DNA of 41,460 nucleotides from Patescibacteria group bacterium. GTDB lineage: Bacteria; Patescibacteriota; Minisyncoccia; Phycocordibacterales; UBA9973. The notes under the pieces are model-generated. The model made no database searches, was not told the origin of the DNA, and was given only the letters and a program-made list of their open reading frames with translations. Below, piece after piece: positions 10,002 to 17,098 of the stretch (position 1 is its first letter; every line of letters starts with the position of its first letter). Location of the stretch: contig JBDRFV010000019.1 of assembly GCA_043818335.1 (NCBI GenBank), forward strand, positions 1-41,460, written 5' to 3'. Both the position numbers and the translations under genes were made by a program.

Positions 10002-10901
10002 ATGGCAAATAGGCACCTTTCCAGATCAATAGTTCTCCAGACGCTTTTTGAGTGGGACTTTAATGATGGGGAAAATATAAAACTAAAAGAAGTTGTAAAT
10101 AGAAATTTACAAGAATTTGCGCCTGGATTAGAAGATGACGCTTTTGTTTTTGATTTGATAAATAAAGTTTTAGAAAAACAAAAAGCTATTGATGAAATAA
10201 TAGAAAAAGCTGCTCCAGAATGGCCTATAGATAAAATTTCTATTGTTGATAGGAATATTTTAAGAATTGGATTAACAGAACTTTTGTTCGGAGATAGAAA
10301 ACAAGTGCCTCCGAAAGTTGCTATTAATGAGTCTATAGAATTAGCAAAAACTTTTGGTGGAGAAAATTCTAGTAAATTTATAAATGGAGTTTTGGGCGCT
10401 GTATATAAAGAAATTGGTGAGCCAGGAAAAGATGAGCAAAGTAAAAAGAAAAGAAGCGATGAGCCTATAGATAAAACAAAATTGCCAGTTGAAACACTTG
10501 GTGGGGCATTGGTTTTTGCAAAAAAGAATAATCAAGTTTTTTTTGGTTTAGTTCATGATGTTTTTGGCTATTGGACTTTATCTAAAGGGCATATAGAAGA
10601 AAATGAGGATCCAAAAGTTGGAGTAATTAGAGAAATAAAAGATGAAATTGGGCTTGATATAAAAATAGTTGAAAAACTAGGTGAGAATGAGTATGTTGCG
10701 TCACATCCAGAAAAGGGAAAAATTTTAAAGAAAGTTGTTTATTATTTAGCTGAAAGTGAGTACAGAGAATTACAACTTGAAAGTACTGGTGGCTTAGATG
10801 GTGCAAGATGGTTTCAACTTTCTGAAATTCCAGATTTGCATATTTATAATGATATTATTCCATTAATTTCGAAGGCGATAGAAATTATTAGTAAAAAATA
10901 A
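10002..10901 (+). CDS. nusB: NusB antitermination factor fused to a Nudix hydrolase domain
   Basis: The N-terminal 145 aa or so are NusB-like (RSIVLQTLFEWDF, DRNILRIGLTELLF, AINESIELAKTFG..SSKFINGVLG). A Lys-rich linker follows. The C-terminal Nudix box is GHIEENEDPKVGVIREIKDEIGL. ATG 10002 is preferred over the TTG at 9981. Confidence 0.85.
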   Translation: MANRHLSRSIVLQTLFEWDFNDGENIKLKEVVNRNLQEFAPGLEDDAFVFDLINKVLEKQKAIDEIIEKAAPEWPIDKISIVDRNILRIGLTELLFGDRKQVPPKVAINESIELAKTFGGENSSKFINGVLGAVYKEIGEPGKDEQSKKKRSDEPIDKTKLPVETLGGALVFAKKNNQVFFGLVHDVFGYWTLSKGHIEENEDPKVGVIREIKDEIGLDIKIVEKLGENEYVASHPEKGKILKKVVYYLAESEYRELQLESTGGLDGARWFQLSEIPDLHIYNDIIPLISKAIEIISKK

Positions 10902-10928
10902 TGAGCAAAGCGAATATATTTTTTTAAA

Positions 10929-11029
10929 CCCAGCACATAACTTTATAAAATAAACAAATACGACAATATTATTTTGTAGGTCGAGAATCAAATAATCACA
11001 ATAATATTTTTGTTGAGTTATGTGCTGGG
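10929..11029 (+). promoter_or_regulatory. 14-bp perfect inverted repeat (long stem-loop) in the rnc 5' region
   Basis: CCCAGCACATAACT (10929-10942) pairs with AGTTATGTGCTGGG (11016-11029) around a 73-nt AT-rich loop. It ends 40 nt before the rnc ATG. Confidence 0.5.
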
Positions 11030-11069
11030 TGCGCAAATTTATTATTCACTTCGTTCATATAAATTTGGC

Positions 11070-11765
11070 ATGATAGATTTTTCAGAATTTGAGAAAAAAA
11101 CAAAAATAGTATTTAAAGATAAAGGTTTATTAAAACAGGCTTTTATTCATCGGTCTTTTATTAATGAAAATCCAGCTGGTGATCTTGCCCACAATGAGAG
11201 ATTAGAATTTTTAGGAGATGCTGTTTTAGAACTTATCGTTACTGATTTTTTATATAAAAAATATCCTGGTAAAACAGAAGGGGAATTAACAGCTTTTCGC
11301 TCTGCTTTGGTTAATGCGATTATTCTTTCAGAAATTGCTTCTAAAGTTAAAATGAATGATTTTTTACTTTTATCAAAAGGAGAAACAAAAGATATTGGAA
11401 AAGCTAGGCAGTATATTTTAGCTAATACTTTTGAAGCATACGTTGGAGCTGTTTATTTAGATCAAGGTTATGCGGTTGCAGATAAATTTGTTACGAAAGT
11501 TTTATTGCCTTACACAGAAGAAATCGTTGCAAAAAAACTTTGGCGTGATGCTAAAAGTTCAGTTCAGGAAAAAGCACAGGAATTTGCTGGTTTTACTCCA
11601 GCATATAAAGTTTTAAGTGAGTCCGGTCCAGATCATGATAAGCATTTTACTATTGGAATATTTTTTGGTTCTGATTTAATAGCTGAGGGAAAAGGTAAAT
11701 CAAAACAGGAAGCCGAACAAAAAGCCGCTGAAAACGCATTAAAAGCAAAAAATTGGTTGGATTGA
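11070..11765 (+). CDS. rnc: ribonuclease III
   Basis: It has HRSF...NERLEFLGDAVLE and a C-terminal dsRBD (PDHDKHFTIGIF..GKGKSKQEAEQKAAENAL). ATG 11070 is preferred over the TTG at 11010. Confidence 0.9.
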   Translation: MIDFSEFEKKTKIVFKDKGLLKQAFIHRSFINENPAGDLAHNERLEFLGDAVLELIVTDFLYKKYPGKTEGELTAFRSALVNAIILSEIASKVKMNDFLLLSKGETKDIGKARQYILANTFEAYVGAVYLDQGYAVADKFVTKVLLPYTEEIVAKKLWRDAKSSVQEKAQEFAGFTPAYKVLSESGPDHDKHFTIGIFFGSDLIAEGKGKSKQEAEQKAAENALKAKNWLD

Positions 11766-11766
11766 G

Positions 11767-12264
11767 ATGAATAAAGATAAAAATAATGTTGCTTATATAG
11801 ACGGAGCGAATTTACATAAAGGTATAGAAAGTTTAGATTGGGAATTTGACTACGGACGTTTCAGAATTTGGCTTAAAGAAAAATTTGGCGTTAAGCAAAC
11901 GTATTTATTTTTAGGATTAATTCCTAAATATAAAGATCTTTACACAAAATTACAAAATCAAGGTTATATTCTTGTTTTTAAGGAAGTTATTTTTGATGGT
12001 GAGGGAAAAGCAAAAGGGAATTGTGATGCAGATATTGTGGTTCACGCTATGCAGAATGCTTATGAAAATAATTTTAATAAAGCAATTTTAGTTTCGAGCG
12101 ATGGCGACTATGCTCCTCTGGTAAAATTTTTGAAAGAAAAAGACAAAATAAATTTTATCTTATCTCCCTATGAAACAAAAAAATGTTCGGTTTTATTAAA
12201 AAGAACAGGAGTAAAAATATCTTATATTGCTGAGCAAAAAAATATTCTTAAAAAAATTAGATGA
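11767..12264 (+). CDS. NYN/LabA-like (PIN-related) domain protein
   Basis: Motifs AYIDGANL, CDADIVV and SSDGDYAPLVKFL. It starts 1 nt after the rnc stop. Confidence 0.75.
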   Translation: MNKDKNNVAYIDGANLHKGIESLDWEFDYGRFRIWLKEKFGVKQTYLFLGLIPKYKDLYTKLQNQGYILVFKEVIFDGEGKAKGNCDADIVVHAMQNAYENNFNKAILVSSDGDYAPLVKFLKEKDKINFILSPYETKKCSVLLKRTGVKISYIAEQKNILKKIR

Positions 12265-12273
12265 AAAGAAAAA

Positions 12274-12309
12274 ACCCCCGATGGAGACGAACTCCATAAG
12301 GGTCTTTTT
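12274..12309 (+). terminator. rho-independent terminator
   Basis: ACCC..ATGGAG-ACGAA-CTCCAT..GGGT is followed by CTTTTT. Confidence 0.6.
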
Positions 12310-12412
12310 CGTAAGGATGTTAAAAGTATAGCAAATCAAAACAATGTGTCAAGTAAAAAAAGGGGGGAAAATTAAGCCATTAAAAACCTATAAAATATGC
12401 TATTATTAAACC

Positions 12413-13501
12413 ATGAAAACGTCTTTTAATTTCGAAAAACATAGAAAAGATATTTTAGATAAATTCAAAAAAACTGCAATTGAAAAGGGTTCTTTTGTTG
12501 CTAAGGAAGAATTAAAAAAAGAACAGGAAGATATTAAATACAAAATATCAAAAGATTTAGAATTAACCGAAAGACAAATAAAAAAGGAATATAAAGCACC
12601 ATCTGAAGGATTTGAAAAGAAAATTATTTCAATTGGGAAACAAGATATTACTCAAGAAGTAGATAAATGTTTAAGTTTAAAATATCCCGAAGAAGTTGGT
12701 AAACATGATTTTACACTTGAAACTTTTGATATATCAGACAGGATTCCTGAATCTTTAAAATTATATATTGATACGGAAAGAATGGATGCAGTTGAGTCAA
12801 AAAGTTTTCCTGCTACCTTTGCTTTTCAACGAGGATTAAAACAAATGTTGATAGATGATTTAAAAAAATATGGGGATGGTTGGATTAAAAACGATGATAA
12901 AGAAAATAATTTAGTCAAAACATTAACATATCTACTTGTTAATAAATTAACCGAAGGAGAATTTTCAAACGAAAATAATATTAATCATGTTGTTTTTGGA
13001 GCTTTTGATAGTGAGCCTGTTGGTCCACAAACACCTAGCCGAAAAAAATTTGAAGATGAAAGAGAAAAAAGGCTTTATTGGAGAGATTTAAAAGAAAGAG
13101 ATACAGTTTATGGAATTGGATTTGATCCAAACAGTACAATATTGGGCGAGATACCATTTTCTGATTGTGTAAGCATAGATCGTTACAAAGCAGGAGAACG
13201 TCATAGAGCCGGACATTATCTTTCTTCTCCGTCAAAACCAATAATAATTGTTAATCCACTACAAAAGAGATTTCTTTCTTTGGTTGCAATGGATGAAAAT
13301 TCATTTAAAAATAAAATACAAAAAGAAAAAACAAAAACTGACATGGGAATATATTTTGGATGGAATTATGATGGAATGAATGAATATAAAAACAAAAAAG
13401 GCTTGAGTGGAAGATTTGGTTTAAAGTGGACTGATCTCGCAGACTGGATTGTGGATTTACCAAGTGGAAAATTATATAAAATAACAGAAAAAGAAAAATA
13501 A
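12413..13501 (+). CDS. hypothetical protein (orphan), ending 3 nt before smc
   Basis: 362-aa ORF with normal coding composition. No family recognised. Confidence 0.6.
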   Translation: MKTSFNFEKHRKDILDKFKKTAIEKGSFVAKEELKKEQEDIKYKISKDLELTERQIKKEYKAPSEGFEKKIISIGKQDITQEVDKCLSLKYPEEVGKHDFTLETFDISDRIPESLKLYIDTERMDAVESKSFPATFAFQRGLKQMLIDDLKKYGDGWIKNDDKENNLVKTLTYLLVNKLTEGEFSNENNINHVVFGAFDSEPVGPQTPSRKKFEDEREKRLYWRDLKERDTVYGIGFDPNSTILGEIPFSDCVSIDRYKAGERHRAGHYLSSPSKPIIIVNPLQKRFLSLVAMDENSFKNKIQKEKTKTDMGIYFGWNYDGMNEYKNKKGLSGRFGLKWTDLADWIVDLPSGKLYKITEKEK

Positions 13502-13504
13502 TTT

Positions 13505-15805
13505 ATGCGACTTAAGAATCTTGAAATTAACGGTTTTAAATCTTTTGCTAAAAAAACTAACTTGGAATTTCAAAGTCCAATTGTTTGTGTTGTTGGACCA
13601 AATGGATCTGGAAAATCAAATGTAGTTGAAGCTGTAAGATTTGTTCTTGGTGAGCAGTCCATGAAATCAATGCGTGGAAAAGCTGGGGCCGATCTTATTT
13701 TTAAAGGTTCTAAATCTTTTTCAAAAAGTTCTCGCGCTTCTGTAATTATTTATTTAGATAATAAAGATAAAATTTTTAAGCTGTCTAATGAAATGGGAGA
13801 AAATATTAATTTGAATTTTGATACTATTTCTATTTCTCGTGAAGTTTATTCTGACGGGATAAATAAATACATGCTAAATGGCACGGAAGTTAGATTAAAA
13901 GATATAAATAATTTATTAGCTTCTGTGAGTATTGGTTCCTCTGGACATCATATCATTTCTCAAGGAGAATCAGATAGAATTTTAAATGCTTCACCAAAAG
14001 AGAGAAGGGAAATGATTGAAGATGCTTTGGGTCTTAAAATATATCAATACAAAATAAAAGATGCAGATAGGAAACTAGTTAAAACTAGTGAAAATATGCG
14101 GGAAGTTTCTTTATTAAGAAGAGAGATTTTGCCACACTTAAATTTTCTAAAAAAGCAGGTTGAAAAATTTGAAAAAGCTAAAGAAATGAAAATAGATTTA
14201 ACTAATCTATATCATGAATATTTAAATAAAGAGGATACTTATTTACAAAGTGAGCAGAAAAACTTACATGCAGAAAAAAGCAAAATTTCAAGTGAGTTAA
14301 ACAGCATTTCTAATTTAATTTCTGATAAAGATGATGATCAAAAAATAGAAAAAGAAAGTAAGCATAAAAAAGAATTAGAAAATTTAGAACAAAAAGTTTC
14401 TCAAATTCGTATTGCAAAAAGTGAAATAGAAAGAAAACTTGGAAGAATAGAAGGGATGATTGAGTTAGAAGAAAACAGAAAACCAGCTAATCAGGAAGTT
14501 CAAAAAGCTAAAAGTTCAAATGTATCAATAAATAAAGAAGAATTAGAATCTTTTTTGAAAGAAGCCCATGAATATTTAGAAGAAGCCATGTATATTGATG
14601 TTTTAGAGAATATCGCGCCTCTTTTGGGTAAGATAAAAGATATTTTAGATAGATTTGCTAGAAATTTTGAATACAGAAGTCAGCCTCAAGATAACTATAA
14701 TAATACAGTTTCCAGTGTTAATTTAGATGAATTAAAAAATACACAAGAAGCGATTTTAGTTCAAATGAAAGAGATAGAACAAGAAGAAAAAAAGATTTCT
14801 GAAACTATGCAAATTTTAAAAGATAAAATATCAGAAGAGTTAGAATTAGATCGAGATAAAGAAAGAGAAAAGTTTAATCTAAAAGTAAAACATCAGGAAT
14901 TATCTTCTGCTTTACAAATAATTTTAGTAAAAGAAGAAAATATAACAAAAGAAAAAGATTATTTTGAGAATGAAATAAAAGAGGGAAGCATTTTAGCTGG
15001 TTCTGAGATTTTAGGTTACAAGAATTTTGAAATAGTAGGTTTATTTGATAGAAGTTCTCAAGAAATTTTAAAGAAAAAAATAGAAAGAATTAAAATAAGA
15101 TTAGAAGATGCTGGTTTGGGTGGTGGAAGTGAAGTTGTGAAAGAATTTCAAGAAATTTCTGATAGAGAAAAGTTTCTTACTAAAGAAATGGAAGACTTAT
15201 CTGCAAGCGTAGAATCTCTTAAGAAATTAATGGCAGATTTGAAGAGCAAGATAGATTCTGAATTTAAAGAGGGCATAGAAAAGATTAATATAGAATTTAA
15301 AGAATTTTTCTCGCTTATGTTTAATGGCGGGACTGGTTCTTTGAAAATAGTTTCTGAAGTTAAAAGAAAGAAAATTATAGAAATAGAAGATGAAGAAGAA
15401 CAATCTGAAACAGAATTAGAATTAGAAATAGATGAAGATGAAGTTCCAGAGCAGGGAATTGAAATTAATGTTTCTTTGCCACATAAAAAAGTTAAAGAAC
15501 TAAACGCACTTTCTGGTGGAGAAAGATCTTTAACTTCTATTGCGCTTCTTTTTGCGATGTCTCAAGTAAATCCACCGCCATTTTTAGTGCTAGACGAAAC
15601 TGATGCTGCTCTTGATGAAGCTAATTCTAGAAAATATGGTGATATGCTAGAAAAACTTTCTAAACATTCTCAACTTGTTGTTGTAACTCATAATAGGGAA
15701 ACTATGTCTCGTGCTGATGTTTTGTATGGTGTTACTGTTGGTTCTGACGGTGCTTCTAAGCTTTTGTCTGTAAAGTTTGATGAAGCTACGGCTATTGCGA
15801 AATAA
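13505..15805 (+). CDS. smc: SMC-family chromosome condensation ATPase, shortened (766 aa)
   Basis: The N-terminal head is RLKNLEINGFKSF..GPNGSGKSNVVEAVRFVLGEQSMKSMRG. The C-terminal head is LSGGERSLTSIALLFA..PPFLVLDETDAALDEAN..VVTHNRETM..VLYGVTV. Only about 375 aa lie between the head and the joint, and no canonical Gly-rich hinge is visible. Confidence 0.85.
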   Translation: MRLKNLEINGFKSFAKKTNLEFQSPIVCVVGPNGSGKSNVVEAVRFVLGEQSMKSMRGKAGADLIFKGSKSFSKSSRASVIIYLDNKDKIFKLSNEMGENINLNFDTISISREVYSDGINKYMLNGTEVRLKDINNLLASVSIGSSGHHIISQGESDRILNASPKERREMIEDALGLKIYQYKIKDADRKLVKTSENMREVSLLRREILPHLNFLKKQVEKFEKAKEMKIDLTNLYHEYLNKEDTYLQSEQKNLHAEKSKISSELNSISNLISDKDDDQKIEKESKHKKELENLEQKVSQIRIAKSEIERKLGRIEGMIELEENRKPANQEVQKAKSSNVSINKEELESFLKEAHEYLEEAMYIDVLENIAPLLGKIKDILDRFARNFEYRSQPQDNYNNTVSSVNLDELKNTQEAILVQMKEIEQEEKKISETMQILKDKISEELELDRDKEREKFNLKVKHQELSSALQIILVKEENITKEKDYFENEIKEGSILAGSEILGYKNFEIVGLFDRSSQEILKKKIERIKIRLEDAGLGGGSEVVKEFQEISDREKFLTKEMEDLSASVESLKKLMADLKSKIDSEFKEGIEKINIEFKEFFSLMFNGGTGSLKIVSEVKRKKIIEIEDEEEQSETELELEIDEDEVPEQGIEINVSLPHKKVKELNALSGGERSLTSIALLFAMSQVNPPPFLVLDETDAALDEANSRKYGDMLEKLSKHSQLVVVTHNRETMSRADVLYGVTVGSDGASKLLSVKFDEATAIAK

Positions 15806-15810
15806 TTTTT

Positions 15811-15900
15811 TCTCCTCCTTTTTGAGGAGGAGTGCCCGAAGGGCGAGGTGGTGATTTTAATTACCACCCCCAACCCCCTCCCTTGTTAAGGGGGAGGGGA
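15811..15900 (+). repeat. GC-rich multi-hairpin repeat, copy 1
   Basis: It contains four hairpin modules: CTCCTCC-TTTTT-GAGGAGGAG, GCCC-GAA-GGGC, GGTGGTGATTTTAATTACCACC and CCCCTCCC-TTGTTAA-GGGGGAGGGG. Blocks of 27 nt and 44 nt are identical to copy 2. Confidence 0.9.
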
Positions 15901-15947
15901 ATAAAAATCACTTATTTCTCAAGTGATTGAACCGTTACTTTTTACTA

Positions 15948-15976
15948 TTGACTTTTTAGCTCAAATTATATATTAT
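15948..15976 (+). promoter_or_regulatory. putative sigma-70 promoter
   Basis: TTGACT-17 nt-TATTAT lies upstream of the ORF at 16049. Confidence 0.4.
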
Positions 15977-16048
15977 AAAAACAAGAAAATTCACTCGAGT
16001 ATAAATTAGAAAGAGTGGATAAAATCTGCTCTTTTAAAATTCTAAAAA

Positions 16049-16285
16049 ATGAGAACAGTGATAATATTTTGGATTGGTTTATCGGTTTTTTTAACCGGAT
16101 TTTTTGGTGGAGTTTTTAGTTTTGTCTTGAGCACGGAGAGTTTAAACTCCACGTTACGGTTATGCATTTTATCTACAGGTCTAAGTGCAAGGGATATTTT
16201 TCTTGTCTCACTTTCAGTCCTAGTTTTGGGATTCTTATTTATCATCATAGCATTCTATAAAATGTTATGTAAAAATGATATGTAA
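16049..16285 (+). CDS. small hydrophobic membrane protein (hypothetical)
   Basis: 78 aa with 2-3 hydrophobic helices. It has a promoter-like motif upstream and a strong terminator 27 nt downstream. Confidence 0.45.
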   Translation: MRTVIIFWIGLSVFLTGFFGGVFSFVLSTESLNSTLRLCILSTGLSARDIFLVSLSVLVLGFLFIIIAFYKMLCKNDM

Positions 16286-16311
16286 ACATGTTATACATAG
16301 GTTAATTTATT

Positions 16312-16342
16312 CCGTTGCGGCTTTCGTTGCAACGGTTTTTTT
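16312..16342 (+). terminator. rho-independent terminator
   Basis: CCGTTGC-GGCTTTCGTT-GCAACGG is followed by T7. Confidence 0.75.
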
Positions 16343-16356
16343 ATTACATTTTTATC

Positions 16357-16453
16357 TCTCCTCCTTTTTGAGGAGGAGTGCCCTGAGCTTTGCGAAGGGC
16401 GAGGTGGTGATTTTAATTACCACCCCCAACCCCCTCCTTGAAAAGGAGGGGAG
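16357..16453 (+). repeat. GC-rich multi-hairpin repeat, copy 2
   Basis: It has the same modules as copy 1 in the same orientation. It carries a 10-nt indel (TGAGCTTTGC, 16384-16393) and a different terminal loop. Confidence 0.9.
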
Positions 16454-16476
16454 TAAAATGCAATAACCCCCTAAAT

Positions 16477-16522
16477 CCCCCTTGTCAGGGGGACTTTTAT
16501 TTTTTCCTCCCCTGACAAGGGG
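16477..16522. repeat. GC-rich inverted repeat
   Basis: The 14-nt CCCCTTGTCAGGGG within CCCCCTTGTCAGGGGG (16477-16492) is the exact reverse complement of CCCCTGACAAGGGG (16509-16522). It is related to the terminal module of copy 1. Confidence 0.75.
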
Positions 16523-16577
16523 AGGTTAGGAGGGGTTTGATTTTATAAACAGCCCTTATTTTCCAAGCTATTTAAGC

Positions 16578-16606
16578 TTGACTTTTCTATTTATACATGC
16601 TATACT
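16578..16606 (+). promoter_or_regulatory. putative sigma-70 promoter
   Basis: TTGACT-17 nt-TATACT lies about 130 nt upstream of the ORF at 16736. Confidence 0.5.
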
Positions 16607-16658
16607 ATGCAGGTATTTAGTACGTTAAAAAACCCGTATTTTTTAGTTTTAATAAATA

Positions 16659-16708
16659 GTGAATTGTCTTAAGTTATTAATTAATTTTGATGATTTGGGA
16701 CAATTCAC
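16659..16708 (+). promoter_or_regulatory. 10-bp perfect inverted repeat in the 5' leader of ORF 16736
   Basis: GTGAATTGTC and GACAATTCAC are separated by 30 nt. Confidence 0.4.
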
Positions 16709-16735
16709 ATAAATATTAATTTAAAATTTACGACG

Positions 16736-17050
16736 ATGAAAAAAATAAAATTAGTGCTTTCCAGATTTTTCGATTTGGGTAGTGATTATCAATTGGGGCC
16801 AGCTGAGCTGTTTACTTTGGAGGCTTTTCTCAAGGAGAACCTTTTAAAGGAAGAAGATGTGGCTAAACTTATTGAGGAGAAAGAATTTTCTCTTTGCTCC
16901 TACGATGCAGATGAAATTCCTGACGGTTCTATGGTGTACGATATTATTGATGCTGTAGAAATTGAAGGAGTTTTGTTTATTGATGTTGAAAGAGTTAGAA
17001 AAATTGAATCTTTTGACGTTTTATTTTTTCCTAAGGAAATTCAAAAATAA
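16736..17050 (+). CDS. hypothetical acidic protein
   Basis: 104-aa ORF flanked by a promoter-like motif and a terminator. No family recognised. Confidence 0.5.
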   Translation: MKKIKLVLSRFFDLGSDYQLGPAELFTLEAFLKENLLKEEDVAKLIEEKEFSLCSYDADEIPDGSMVYDIIDAVEIEGVLFIDVERVRKIESFDVLFFPKEIQK

Positions 17051-17072
17051 GGAATATGGATAGTAATAACAA

Positions 17073-17098
17073 TCCGCGATTGACATCGCGGAATTTTT
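17073..17098. terminator. terminator between convergent genes
   Basis: TCCGCGA-TTGACA-TCGCGGA is followed by ATTTTT. Confidence 0.7.

Noticed and set aside
9981-11069. TTG-initiated N-terminal extensions of nusB (9981) and rnc (11010), and the upstream ATG of dnaG (32214).
   Set aside because: The conserved protein N-termini begin at the downstream ATGs (10002, 11070, 32238). The extensions overlap hairpins or the preceding gene.
15811-16453. Possible CRISPR array, given repeated GC-rich palindromic sequence.
   Set aside because: There are only two copies of 90-97 nt, about 450 nt apart, enclosing a promoter, ORF and terminator. There is no regular repeat-spacer periodicity and no cas genes in the window.
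15688-16466. Track ORFs 15688-15873 (minus strand) and 16275-16466 (+ strand).
   Set aside because: Both are kept open only by running through the GC-rich repeats. One is antisense to the smc 3' end, and the other crosses a strong terminator.
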